Of a stretch of 64,000 bases of DNA, positions 1 through 13,230 are shown piece after piece. Made by a program: the position numbers and the translations under genes. Position 1 is the first letter of the stretch. The number at the start of each line of letters is the position of its first letter. Origin of the DNA: Octopus sinensis (taxonomy: Eukaryota). The stretch is from assembly GCF_006345805.1 (NCBI RefSeq), contig NC_043004.1, positions 52,266,001 to 52,330,000 of the forward strand, in the 5' to 3' direction. A model generated the notes under the pieces. The model saw only the letters and a program-made list of their open reading frames with translations, was not told the DNA's origin and ran no database searches.

Positions 1-783
1 GACTTCTTACCTTACAGCAACGTCAGTGCCTATATTATTAAATTCCCTAAAATTATTATCCGAATATTCATGTTCAGAGGTTTCTCTGAATATGGATAAT
101 GTTTACTCAGTAAGGTAGGGATATTGAAAATTCGTGTTATGTTTAGAAAAGATAACGTTACCCAAATTTTTTTACTTGAGTCGAATAGAAGAAGCCACAT
201 CAAATCCTTATTACAGTATTAGTGTGAACAGATTTAGGACTGGCTTGCTTCTAAGTGCAAAGAGTCATACAATCTATAAAAGGAATTGAATGTGATTAGT
301 AAAATTTTAGATAATTCCACAATAAATGAAAAGGGAATTTCATCGCTTTACGAGATCCTCTTTAATAAAGAAATTAAGAATTCAGTCAAGAGTAAATATA
401 TTCTGATATACCTTAACTGGGGGAGATTTTCTGTAAAGAAAAAAAAACTCTGTTGTTATATTGCTCATTTCTCTGAAGCGCACGTACTAGGCACAATCAA
501 AATTTCATTAACTGATTTATACATTGTGCGATTCCCATGTTGTACACAACTTAGCCAATTCTTAATATAACAACTGTCTGTGTTATAGCTGATATCTACA
601 TTTCCTCGCAAGAAAAAGGGGGAAAATGGGAATTATCTCACGATATCTTGAAGTTCTTACAATTCTTATGACGTTAACAGTGTGTATGTTTATGTATGTA
701 TGTATGTATGTATGTATATATGTATGCATGTATCTATCTATCTATCTACCTACTTACCTATCTATCTATATATCTATCTATCC

Positions 784-852
<69 letters not shown>

Positions 853-901
853 CATACATACACACATACACACACACAGACACACACACACACAAACATA
901 A

Positions 902-1040
902 GTGCAGGAGTGGATGAGTGGTAAGAAGTTTGCTTCCCAGCCACATGGTTCCGGGTTCAGTCCCACTGTGTGGCATCTTGGGCAAGAGTCTTTCACTATA
1001 GCCTCGGGTCGACCAAAGGGTTGTGAGAGGATATGTCGCA
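902..1040 (+). mobile_element. tRNA-derived SINE family A, 3'-truncated copy
   Basis: GCAGGAGTGG..TGGTAAG (A box) and GGTTCAGTCCC (B box), then CTTGGGCAAG.GTCTT; matches the copies at 3282, 4220 and 12820. Confidence 0.8.
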
Positions 1041-1234
1041 TATATATATATATAGAAATTCGGGGTGAGTACTTACTTCAACATCCAAATTTCCTCATTC
1101 TACATTGAGAGAAGAAAGAGATAGACGCTTCAATTCTATGCTGTTGCCGCATTATGTCGTACGCGAATGAGAGGATTTGCATCCCCAACCAAGAATTTTT
1201 GATGTAACACATGTCCTTGTGAAAGCTGTTGTGC

Positions 1235-1312
1235 GCAGCTGAAGAAGGCCACAGACATACATTATGCATTGTTATAAATCTGTCTAATAAAGGCCCGAAA
1301 CATATGTACCGC
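1235..1312 (+). ncRNA. Degenerate type I hammerhead-ribozyme-like motif (PLE pseudo-LTR remnant)
   Basis: gcag-CTGAAGA-a-ggcc[~40 nt]ggcc-c-GAAAC-ATAT-GT-A-ccgc. Stem III is palindromic (ACATATGT); stem I has 3 of 4 pairs. Confidence 0.55.
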
Positions 1313-1347
1313 TGAATCCTTGGCATCATGTTTTTATTTTGATCAAT

Positions 1348-1380
<33 letters not shown>

Positions 1381-1434
1381 ATATATATATATATAATATA
1401 TATATTATATATAAATAATATATATATATATATA

Positions 1435-1620
1435 GTTAATCCAAACATGAAAACACAAAGAGAAAACACAACAACGCGAGGACGTGGAACAAATATAGTA
1501 TTATTGGACGCTCAGGAAAGAGAGAAAGAAGGAGGGCGTAACGTTTCGAGCGGAGCTCTTCGTCGGAAACATAGGAGAAGGAAAGATCCAGAGAAGCGAA
1601 GACAGAGGAAAAAAAATCGC
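1435..1620 (-). mobile_element. ~185-bp non-autonomous PLE-type repeat with minimal hammerhead motif, in (TA)n
   Basis: Same boundaries as the copy at 52206-52388. Minus strand 1570-1536 reads gttt-CCGACGA-a-gagc-tcc-gctc-GAAAC-GT-T. Confidence 0.7.
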
Positions 1621-1654
1621 ATATATATATATGTATATATTTATGTATATATTT

Positions 1655-1850
1655 GCATGTCTGTGTTTGTCCCCGCCACCATCGCTTGACAACCGATGTT
1701 AGTGTATTTTCGTCCCCGTAACTTAGCGGTTCAACAAAAGAGACCGAAACAATAAATACTAGGCTTGCAAAGAATAAGTCCTGGAGTCGATTTATTCGAC
1801 TAAAGGCGGTGCTTTAGCATGTCCACTGTCAAATGACTGAAGCAGGTTCA
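1655..1850 (+). mobile_element. SINE family A, 3' half
   Basis: GTCTGTGTTTGTCCCC..GCTTGACAACCGATG..AAAGGCGGTGCT..AAATGACTGAA matches 3485-3670. Confidence 0.8.
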
Positions 1851-3281
1851 ATAATATACACACACACATGGGTTTATATATATATATGAATATATATGTG
1901 TGTATGTGTATGTATGTGCATGTATGTATATATACATACATGCACATATATGCATAAATACGTATGTATGCACCTATTTATCAGAATACAGTCTGTTCAT
2001 GTACATTTTAGCACAAGACGGAGAGGGGATATTTCAAATTATTGTGGCCAGTATTTGCATTCTTAAAATATTCAGTATTTTTTTGTGAAACTACTCACAT
2101 TCTCTATGGCTGCCTTCCTCACTACAATCTAGAGCTGAAAATATTTCACCGCAGCCTGTTGCACCTAATCGCGCAGATGATAAAATATCGTTAACATTAT
2201 TAGATGTTGGAATTGATTCACCATTTTACTTCGTATTCTACAGCGTGAAAAGTTCTTTACGATTAAGTATACTTCGAAAGTAAAATCATTGGTTTGTCAG
2301 ACAAAGAAACTTTTGCTTCTTGGATTACCATCCTTGCGGTATAATCAAATGCATCAGTGCTCTCACGAGTATTTGAATGTGTCACTTCATTGCTAATAGT
2401 GGCTTTTTATTTTCTCATAAATTTCCATTAATGTGGATGCGAACTTTGCTTTTATCTTTACTGGAATGTCATGACTTTTGTCCCTTTTTGAAATTATCTT
2501 TCTAAACCATATTAAAATCCGTTCAATAAACTGTATTTTACTTCCATCTTTGACGAAAACACCTTTATAGGCCTAATTTATTATTGAGTCTTACTTTTAT
2601 CAGAGGTGGATGCAAAATACCACAGCAAAATGTATATAATACAAAAAGATACTATAATACAGTTCTTAAGTTCCAAGGTATCACTAATGGAATGGAAGTT
2701 TTATAAAATATGGTTCCCAGTGGAATGAACATCAGAAATAAAGAGATACTTTCTGTTCCTTCAGTCTGTCGTACAGACCAGACGCATTCTTATCTGTCTC
2801 CTCTTCTATCTTTTCTCTTGTCGAACACAATATTCATCCAGCGTTCGCTACCTTACCTCGTCTGGCCTAATGGCCCTCTGTGTTTGTTTTCGTTTGGTTT
2901 GTTGTATGTCTCCGCTGTCCTGTTTTTGTTACCAACTTTGACCCTCCGCAAATCCCAAATTTTATTTTGGAAGCAACTGCTTTTCGAAGTCTCATATTGT
3001 TGTTAAATACTCCAATGAGGAGTAGATGGACAGCTGACAACTGATGGAGGGACATTCTTTATGTTATTTGTTTTGTTCTCCATTTGTTTCTCTCATTGTT
3101 TGCATACCCAAATTTGTCTTCGTATTTCATGTTGTTTACGTTTTGTGACGTCCTGTAATCATATAATAATAATCATACACACACACACGCGCGCACACAC
3201 ACACACATACACATATATATACATATATATTCATATATACATACATATATGTACATACCTATGTATATATGTATGTATATA

Positions 3282-3690
3282 GGCGCAGGAGTGGCTGTGT
3301 GGTAAGTAGCTTGTTTACCAACCACATGGTTCCGGGTTCAGTCCCACTGTGTGGCACCTTTAGCAAGTGTCTTCTACTATAGCCTTGGGCCGACCAAAGC
3401 CTTGGTAGACGGAAACTGAAAGAAGCCCGTCGTATATATGTATATATATATGTATGTATATATATGTGCGTGTGTGTGTTTGTGTGTCTGTGTTTGTCCC
3501 CCTAGCATTGCTTGACAACCGATGGTGGTGTGCTTATGTCCCCGTTACTTAGCGGTTCGGTAAAAGAGACCGATAGAATAAGTACTGGGCTTACAAAAGA
3601 ATAAGTCCCGGGGTCGAGTTGCTCGATTAAAGGCGGTGCTCCAGCATGGCCGCAGTCAAATGACTGAAACAAGTAAAAGAGTAAAAAGAG
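3282..3690 (+). mobile_element. tRNA-derived SINE family A, full length
   Basis: A/B boxes, internal (TA)/(TG) tract, TAAAAGAG-type tail; several copies in this window. Confidence 0.9.
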
Positions 3691-3955
3691 TATATATACA
3701 TGCATATATGGGTACAGGACGGCAAAAAAGACGTGAGCAAATAAAAAAGGAGAACATAAAAGAACAAAAACATGGAAAGCGAACTTGTTTTTCGAACAAC
3801 GAAAGAAACAAATAGAGAAACGAGACAGGCAACATAAAGAACATTCCCTTCATCGGTTGTCCCTTGTTATCTATTCTGCCTCCCGAAGCTTGAGGCATAT
3901 ATATGTGATTTTTTAAAATTTATATTATATATATATATAAATATATTATGTAGGT

Positions 3956-3994
<39 letters not shown>

Positions 3995-4003
3995 ATTTAT
4001 ATA

Positions 4004-4081
<78 letters not shown>

Positions 4082-4094
4082 TGATATAATATTA

Positions 4095-4219
<125 letters not shown>

Positions 4220-4607
4220 GGCGCAGGAGTGGCTGTGTGGTAAGTAGCTTGCTTACCAACCACATGGTTCCGGGTTCAGTCCCACTGCGTGGCATCTTGG
4301 GCAAGTGTCTTCTGCTATAGCCCCGGACCGACCAATGCCTTGTGAGTGGATTTGGTGGACAGAAACTGAAAGAAGCCTGTCGTATATATGTATATATATA
4401 TATATGTACGCATGTGTGTATGTGTTTGTGTCTCTGTATTTGTCTCCCTAGCATTGCTTGACAACCGATGCTGGTCTGTTTACGTCCCCGATAGAATAAG
4501 TACTGGGCTTACAAAGAATAAGTCCCAAGGTCGATTTGCTCGACTAAAGGCGGTGCTCCAGCATGGCCGCAGTCAAATGACTGAAACAAGTAAAAGAGTA
4601 AAAGAGT
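4220..4607 (+). mobile_element. tRNA-derived SINE family A, full length with small internal deletion
   Basis: Colinear with 3282-3690 and embedded in (TA)n. Confidence 0.9.
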
Positions 4608-4896
4608 TTATATATATATATGTATATAAAATACACACGTACATATATGCATACCACCCCACATACACACCAAAGGCATGCACACACGAAGAGCTTGCGT
4701 GCACTTTCACTCTATAAATTTCCCTCACAAGTTATCATACCTCGGGCTGCACAGTGTGGAAACGAAAATCTTCACTATAGACCCATTACAGTCATGTCTG
4801 TCTCTAAAACAGTTAATACACCGGCCAAGTGCTCTAACGTTCTTACACATTTGGTCCCAGTGACGAATGAAATAATAATTCGCATACACATTTCTC

Positions 4897-4907
4897 ACTA
4901 CTACTAT

Positions 4908-4952
<45 letters not shown>

Positions 4953-4953
4953 C

Positions 4954-4998
<45 letters not shown>

Positions 4999-5020
4999 AA
5001 TGATGATGACGAGGATGATG
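4897..5020. repeat. Compound trinucleotide microsatellite (TAC)n(TGC)n(GAT)n
   Basis: Read directly; explains the poly-Y/C/V/A ORFs. Confidence 0.95.
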
Positions 5021-5521
5021 CCCTTTTACTAGCATTATTGGTCTCGATACGCTTGATACGAACCAATCTTCGACAATTATCTGATATAGCCGATTTAATT
5101 AAGCCTATTTGAAACCATTTTTTTCATATTTCATTCTCCCATTTAATATTTCTATGCTTTCAAAAAGAAATATATTCGTTTGTTCCACTTTGTAGGTCCT
5201 TTTTTCATTTAATCCTAACCCCTATTCTCTGGTGTTTTGTATTGTTTATTTTTCTTTGTATGCTTTTATTTCCGCATCTTTTATTTTGCATTCGTTCTTT
5301 TATCCCTGTTTTTTCATTTTCGTTACATTCCCAAATTTTCTATTTCGTGGTTTTATCGATTGTATGCGCTTATACGGATACATACGTATGCAAATGAAGC
5401 TACACATATGAGGTTCACTTAATTATGCATATGCACCTACATATACATATACAATATATATATATATAAGCATATGTATGTATATGTATATATGTATATA
5501 TATATATATGTATATATATAT

Positions 5522-5553
<32 letters not shown>

Positions 5554-5557
5554 ATAT

Positions 5558-5599
<42 letters not shown>

Positions 5600-5834
5600 A
5601 GAGTAAGCGCATAAATGTGAAACAGGGTGGAAAAAAGTATTAGGTTGTTCCGAAAATAATGACCGCTCTAGCAGTTGTGGTTTGAAACGCAATTTCATCA
5701 TAGTATTTTGATTATATTTTAGGTGAACTTCGACATACTTAATAATTGAAGTATGCTCTTTGTAATCTTCTAATTATTTCAGATAGAAAGCATTCTTCGA
5801 AGTATAGGCGCCCTTAATTATAAACTTGATAAAT

Positions 5835-8800
5835 AAGGACCTTCGCTTACTTTTCTTACAGGAGTTGAAGCTTCGGCATAATGCCTCCCAAATTGCTGCC
5901 AATATCAACGAAGCAAGGAGAGATGAGTCCACACGTGATCGCACAGTACGAAGGTCTTCCCGCTTCAGCCATATGTAGAAGCTGGCTTTTTCGACCGCCT
6001 CCTATACTCTCCTTATTAGTTTTCGCAGCTCGGAGCTAGAAAAACCAAATCTTCTTTTGAACAGCGTTGTCATTTTCCTTTCAATGAAGCCTCTAGTACC
6101 CACTGCCAGGTGATAATACTCGACATTCCATCCCTGTTCTCTACATTCTTTGATTAGTTTTTCGTACCTCTTCTCCTTTCGTTCCTCTGCATTGCCGAGG
6201 TTCTCTTCCCAAGGTACTGTGAGTTCTAGTAAAATTCCTATTCTCCGTTCTCTGTTCCATAGGACTAGATCTGGTCTTTTTGTCGTTTTTATTAGTGGAA
6301 TATTACTTGTCTTTCCAATCTTCCATCATTCGTCTATCTCGTATATTTTACTTGTAGGCCTGGTTTTATAACATTTTACCTCCTTGTGCAAGTGTGCTTT
6401 CCTGCGCTTTTCTACTTTTGGGTACTCTCCCCTATTGTACCTCTCGATCTTCTTGAGTGCTGCGCTTATGACGCCGAGGACTTCATTATGCCGCCATGTA
6501 TATCTTTCTAGTGCTAGTCTGCAATTTGACAGAACATGTCTAACCGTCGTTTTCTCTCCGCATCTACACTCATCGGTTGTTTTTATGTTCCACCGGACTA
6601 TGTTCGCCGGTGAGGGTAGAACTTCGAAGGTAGACTTGATCAGGAAGGATGTTCTTGCTTTTTCCGAAGCCTAACGTTCCTTCTATGATATTCTGCGGCT
6701 GATCACATATTCCTTCCATCTCCGGCACTGTCCCTGTTGACTACATTGCACCAAATGTACATTTCGCCTTTCTTCTTCCTCCTTTCTCACTTCGTATACC
6801 CCTGCCTCTTTCACCCTAGGCCGATTCTTGCTTCTTGCGGCGCTCCGACTTTATCTGCGTGCCTTAGTTTTCCGATCGCCCTGTTTACTGCCTCTTCCGC
6901 CTTCCACTTCCTCCCTGTTCGTACCTTTGGAGGGTTCTGCCGGATGGTCTGATCTTTTGAATACATTAGCATCATTACTCTCCTTGCCTTTCCTGCCTTA
7001 TATTCTTCGGCGATTGATGTTATTGGTAGTTGCAGCACGGGTTTTCCATATAGTGCAGTTGTATTCAGTGGTTTCGGCAGACTAAACCATTTTCTGATAA
7101 ACACATTGCATCTTTGTTCCATCCTTTCTACTCTACTCGAGGCAATTTCGTACATTTGCAATGGCCACATTATTCTTGGGTACAGCCCAAATTGCAGTAT
7201 CCAACATTTGAATTTTCCCGGCAGCGTTGATCTGTCAATTGCCTTTATCCTTGTTCTAACTCGTGTGTTTCTTTCCCTTGCTTCTTATCATTTAATAAAT
7301 CTCTATACCATCTGCCAAAACTCTTTACTGGTTGTTCTTTTACCGTTGGTATGTCTTCACCTCCTATTCTGAATTTCACTTCTTGCCCTCCTTTCACGAA
7401 AGCCACGCTTCGAGATTTTTTGGCTTTGAACTTCATTTTTGCCCATTCTATCAGTTCGTCCAACCGCTCTAACGTTCCCTCTGCTGCATCTCTACTTTCC
7501 GATAATAGAGTTACGTCGTCCATAAAAGCCCTTATTGGTGTCTTTGTAACAGCTTTCTCACAGTTTGTAGATCTAAGTAACATTTTCATGACTATATTTC
7601 ATGACGAATAAGATGACTAATACCTATTTCAAGCCGTTATCACTCCGTTGTGAACATTCCTGTTGTAAATCTAATCCTCAGGTTGACATAGTAAGACATA
7701 AGCATTCGTTGAACATCTTTTGGAATCCAAAATAAGTCCATCACTGTTTTTATTAGTGCAGAGCAGAACCATAAGCAATATACAGGTTTTTCTTCAGTTG
7801 TTTTGCACCTCTGATGGCTTCCCAGATGGCAAATGCGTGTTCTATACACCCAGAGATTCCGGGGGTTCATGCTTTTTGGATTGATTCATTAACGTACCCT
7901 TTATGCTGTACGAATCTTATGATTCGTCTATCAATAATTCCAAACATGATTTTTCCCGTCAGTATTTAATAATGAAATTGGTCTAAATTGTCCTCGTCCT
8001 TTTGCATCTTTTTCTTTTGGTAGAGAGATACCTTCAGCTATACACCATCGCTCCGCTATATCTTTCTTCTTCCACATTTCTCTCATCAATACAAACAGCT
8101 GCAAACGTAATTTCGGGCAAAATTTATATACCTTGTAGCCCAGTCCATCGTTCCCTGGTGAACCATTTGCTTTTGCTTTTCTTATGAACTCATCCATTTC
8201 TTTCCGTTTGATGTCACTGAAATCAAATGGTACTCTTGGTTCAAGTGGTTTCTTCAGTCCGTGCATTTCTGGGAGTACTTCATTTCTGTCAGAGTCGCTG
8301 TATGTCTCTTTCAGATGTTGTTCGAGCTCTTCTTTCAATCCAATTTTCCGCTTTTACTTTCAGAAAATAAATGTTTCGCATATTCATATGGATTGTTCAC
8401 AAAGCTACGATAGTTCTTTTCTTTCTCCTTTCTTCTGCTCTTCCTTCTTTGTTTTCTTAGCAGATCTCGATGCCTCTTTTTTATCTCTTCATATAGCTGC
8501 TTTAGTAGATTGTATTAGCCAGGTTTTCGAGCTTTTCTTCGTCGTCGCCTTTGAATTTGGTCTTCATTCTTGCTACCTCGTTGTCAAATTTTTTATAACT
8601 CGCTGCGTCATTTGCTTTCGGCCACTTAATCTTTGTCCTTTTCACGACTATCAGTCTTTTTGACTGTTCCAATTCAACTGTGGAATGAACCTCGCTATGG
8701 TTATTTTCCAGGGGGTTCTGGCCACACGTCTTATGGTTTATCAACCGGCGTTGTTGAATTACTTTCTTCTCACACACCTTCCCTTGGTGGATTCTCAGCC

Positions 8801-8940
8801 CGATGTAACTAGCAAACACCTTTCCGCATCAGCTGAACTCCTCATCTACCATTCCTATACCGTTTCCTTTCTCGGTGTCCATATCCGGTCCAAGTCCATT
8901 TTGTTTTTTTCTTCCGCAATGTATCTTCCCATTTCGTAGA
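5835..8940 (-). mobile_element. Near-full-length decayed HERO-clade non-LTR retrotransposon (zinc finger, RT, CCHC, restriction-like endonuclease)
   Basis: Ordered motifs: CGKVFASYIGLRIHQGKVC; IKWPKAND; SPGNDG..QFRPISLLNTDGK; PIRAFMDD; WPLQMYEI..RTGRKWKAEEAV; CRCGEKTTVRHVLSNC..YTWRHNEVL; RPDLVLW..ELTVPWEE..KEKRY. Multiple stops and frameshifts. Confidence 0.9.
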
Positions 8941-9179
8941 AAGAAAAGCAGCTAAAACAGAGGAAATATCTTCACTTACTTAGAAGATCAAAAATAAAAT
9001 CATAGATGCAAAAAGAAACAAACACGCAATACAGCGAGAAAAGTATTAAAACTATTCGTTAACAAATGTGGGTGTATAAACGCCCTCGCGCAAGCTGCAT
9101 GGCGCGTGTACACTCGCTCATACAAGCATCCGCGAAAATATAATCATACGCATATAATCAAAGCGAGTTAAATGGCTAC

Positions 9180-10790
9180 ATGGAGTTTATAAGAATGGAG
9201 AGGTTAAAACCAAACGTGATTCAGCCATACCTTAAAGTAAATTATGTTAACAGTTACTTAAATTCATTCCTACTGCATTGTGCGAAAGCATATTTAGGTG
9301 CGTGTAGGCACCTTGAGAGTCTTCCATTAATTCTATTAATGATTTTCTCATTGGTCCACAGAATAGCCATAGATTCCTTGGAGCAGAGTTGGCATCTCCT
9401 GGAAATGATATTGTATAGCTTCGCGTGTCTTACTATGGACCAAGTTACGTTGTACTTAATTTTATCCTTCTACAGTCGCCATACAAAATCAGCCATAGAT
9501 GTTGAATATCACTTACTGATTCTGTTAAAGCTGGCGACGTGGTTACGATAACGATTCTTAAATAAATCAACCGTCTGCTTAATGTAAACATACGGCCCTC
9601 CCCTTGTGTGCACGATACATTTATATACAAGATTTGTACTCATAAAGAAGTTCATCAATGAGCGTTTCGATTTTTCTCTGCATGAGCATTTAGCATATTA
9701 ATGTGTATATATTGGCAGTTCCGACTCCATTTTCCCACGCTGTTACCGTATTAGCTGTATCATAAGCATTTTATACCGAAATTGGTGCTTTTCATTGCAG
9801 TTTACATCTCCTTTGTTGGTATTTAGATACATAGGCGAGCTGGTAGAAACATCGGGCGAAATGCGTAGCCGTATTTCGTCTGCCGTTGCGTTCTGAGTTC
9901 AAATTCTGCCGAGGTCGACTTTGCCTTTCATCCTTTCGGGGTCGATTAAATAAGTACCAGTTACGCGCTGGGGTCGCTATAATCGACTTAATCCGTTTGT
10001 CTGTCCTTGTTTGTCCCCTCTGTGTTTAGCCCCATGTGGGTAGTAAAGAAACAGGTATTTATTTACATAGGTTCGTAGATACAGTTGGTGGCTTATTGAC
10101 ACTTTGTCGCAATTTACTACTGTTTAAGCTGATCATAAGCTGTTCTAAGTCAGCAGAGTTAATATAGGATACTTTCACGGTGTGCGGATTAAAAAGAGCT
10201 TGACATCGATTATATTTAGGAAACCAGTCCCAAGCGGCAAAAAATTTTCCCGCGATCTTGGTTGAAACATGCGAACCGAAAATCGGCTTGGAATAGAGGG
10301 CATCCTGATTCCTATATTTGTTGTTTGGCTTATTTGGGAACAATTTACAGTGTTACGAGCAGTTAGATTATTATGACACGTATGTCTATGAGTTTTCGTT
10401 GGTAGTTCATTGTCTTGACCAATACTTCCTGGCAGGTATTCTCTATCTGAGTGAGTTCTCAAACTGAGTCGTTCTGATCGTGTACAATGTGTACTACTAT
10501 TGGAGGAGTTACCAGTGTTGTGTATGCCTGCTCTTGTATATCCTGAATTTTTTCACTATATCCAGCCCTAGCTAGAGCAGCATTATAATAAGTTGCATGT
10601 GATTCGAAAATTTCATAATTAGCGGATAATCTAGAAATTCTTGTAGAAATATTCGTAACTAATCCCAGTATTATCGAGGGTGGATGGTTTGATGCCACAT
10701 TTATAAACTTTATATGATCATATGGCTTATGAAAGGATTCAAAAAATCTAGGATCAATACAGAAGGTAGCGTTAAGAAAATTTACTCTAC
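9180..10790 (-). mobile_element. Penelope-like element (Neptune-type): RT C-terminus plus GIY-YIG endonuclease, decayed, interrupted by a SINE
   Basis: FLNATF..SNHPPSII..RISRLS..ALARAGY; LFNPHTVKVSY; CSCREK..NLVYKC; YIKQT..FKNRYRNHVASF..TWSIV..RCQLCSKE. Confidence 0.85.
9832..10056 (+). mobile_element. tRNA-derived SINE family B (Meta/MESC-like core), monomer
   Basis: AGGCGAGCTGG head, GAGTTCAAATTC B box, GCCTTTCATCCTTTCGGGGTCGAT core; TSD-like ggtatttagatacatagg / ggtatttatttacatagg. Confidence 0.88.
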
Positions 10791-12819
10791 GATAATCCCT
10801 TCCCACGTTAGTGTTTAGTCCAAAACTTTTAGATTTTTTAAATCTAAAATTTTTTTCTTATGCCCTTCTTACTGTATTTTGCTACATGTGTGTGTATATA
10901 CATATATACTTACATACATACATACATACATGCATACATACATATATATATGTACATCCATATATACGTGCATATAAACATGTACATACATTTGCATGTG
11001 TGTCTATGTATGTATATGTAGTAACGGCATATAATCATATATGTTGCATAATTTCTTTTGAAAATCCTTACGTATGTGACAATCGCTACATAAAAATTCA
11101 ATTCCTACTTCCTTTCAGATAAATATCTTAAAATCACACTCTCTAATATGTAATCCGTTGTCGGTGTTTAGCTTAGGCGAGCTGAGATCAAATTAGTCCT
11201 AATCTATGGAAAACTACAATTAATATTAATTCCATGCAACCAGTTTGTCTTTTATTCCAGGATAAGAAATACTAGGACAATATCGTCTAATGGAATGTTA
11301 CCATTTATTTTCAATTTTCATTTCTGGCATTGGACTGCAGTCTTGAAGGGTCTAGCACACTGAATGGCCTCTAATACTTGTATGATCTTCGTATTTATTA
11401 CATCGATATTTTTTCCAAAGCGGTTTGTTACACGAACGTAAACAAAGCTACAACGGCTAATAAGCAGTGGTAGGGACCGACACATATAAATATACATATA
11501 CATACGTACATACACATGCATAAATATGTATAAACACTCACTCACATACAAACGCACATACATAATGTGATGAGTAAAAAATATTGCCATATTTTTGCGA
11601 CTTCGTCAACTTAAAACAAAAGAAAAGCAGCTTTGCAGTGAAAGAAGAGGCCATCGCGTTAATATGTCTAAGTCCACCTTTCTACTAGTTATTTGGTGCT
11701 ATGCTGATACCAATTCCTGCCCTTATATATATATATATATTCGTATGTGTTATGATGGGCTTCTTTCATTTTCCTTCTACGTTTGATTTGGGGCTCGGCA
11801 CTATGCAAGAAGACATTTGCCTGAATCTGGATCCATGTGATTGTGAAGTAATCTCTTTTCCACGCAGCCACGCTCGCTTCTAAAATAAAATAAATGTTGT
11901 TTATTATCAGCATGATCGCAGAACAATCATGCTGAATCTCTTTCTGCCTTTGCTGGTCGTAATTTCATTTGGTATAATAATCCTATCTTTGGTCTGTCCC
12001 TTAGATGTATAAATTCATTTTCGCCTTAGGATAATTCTTATAGAAAAAGATTTCATAACATTTTAAAGAAAACTATTTTTTGTCACGTTGAAATCAGCAG
12101 TTTTCTCACTATTAACCTACGCATCATAGATTTGTCATCTGAGGCATAGATACGTCTATACTGCGACGGGAAGTATCATGTAATGTTGATGGTTGTCTCT
12201 ATGAAACGTGATACGCTGTTGGCTAAAATGATGCAACAACGTCTGAGAATCGTATTTACTTATATGGCAAGAAAGTTAACATTGTATAGGTTTGATCAAC
12301 AATTAAGTAGCTTCGGGTATTATAGTATTACAACCTTATCCCGTTTTCTATGTAATATTCCATACTTTTCATCAGATTATTTCTGAGTCAATGTTGTACT
12401 CCACCATACTGTGTAGATTTCTTTTCTCTTTACACAATATGCTCCATGGGGAAGCAAAAGCGTCCCCGTGTTATTTGTAAACCTGTAAGAAGTAGCAGCC
12501 AATCCCCATCAAATTACACTCTTATCATTTGGGAAAAGAAAGCCATATTAGTTAATGTAGACTGAATATATTATCTCGAAAAGAAGGGGTATCATCAAAG
12601 CTCTGAATATCTTTCATCATAGAAAATGCTGTGTCTGTACTTAACTGGGCAAAACAACAAAACAGATGCAATGACTTTCTCTCAAATTGCACCTCTTCGG
12701 TTTCAGAAAGGTAAGGTTAAATGCTGTACTCTTTCATTCATATTATTGTCAGAGCTTGGGAAAAACTGGAGTATCCTTTATTATACAAGTATTGACCTGA
12801 CAATAAATATAAAAATTGA

Positions 12820-13230
12820 CAGGAGTGGCTGTGTTGTAAGTAGCTTGTTTACCAACCACATGGTTCCGGGTTCAGTCCCACTGCGTGGCACCTTGGGCAA
12901 GTGTCTTCTACTATAGCCTCGGGCCGACCAATGCCTTGTGAGTGGATTTGGTAGGCGGAAACTGAAAGAAGCCCGTCGTATATATGTATATATATATGTA
13001 TATTTATGCGTGTATGTGTTTGTGTGTCTGTGTTTGTCCCCCTAGCATTGCTTGACAGCCGATGCTGGTGTGTTTATGTTCCCGTTACTTAGCGGCTCGG
13101 CAAAAGAGACCGATAGAATAAGTGCTGGGCTTACAAAAGAATAAGTCCCGGGGTCGAGTTGCTCGATTAAAGACGGTGCTCCAGCCAGGCCGCAGTCAAA
13201 TGACTGAAACACGTAAAAGAGTAAAGAGTA
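12820..13230 (+). mobile_element. tRNA-derived SINE family A, nearly full length
   Basis: Colinear with 3282-3690. Confidence 0.9.

Noticed and set aside
1-660. 94-aa ORF or LINE relic at the window start
   Set aside because: No recognisable motif; TTG start; composition typical of decayed repeat DNA.
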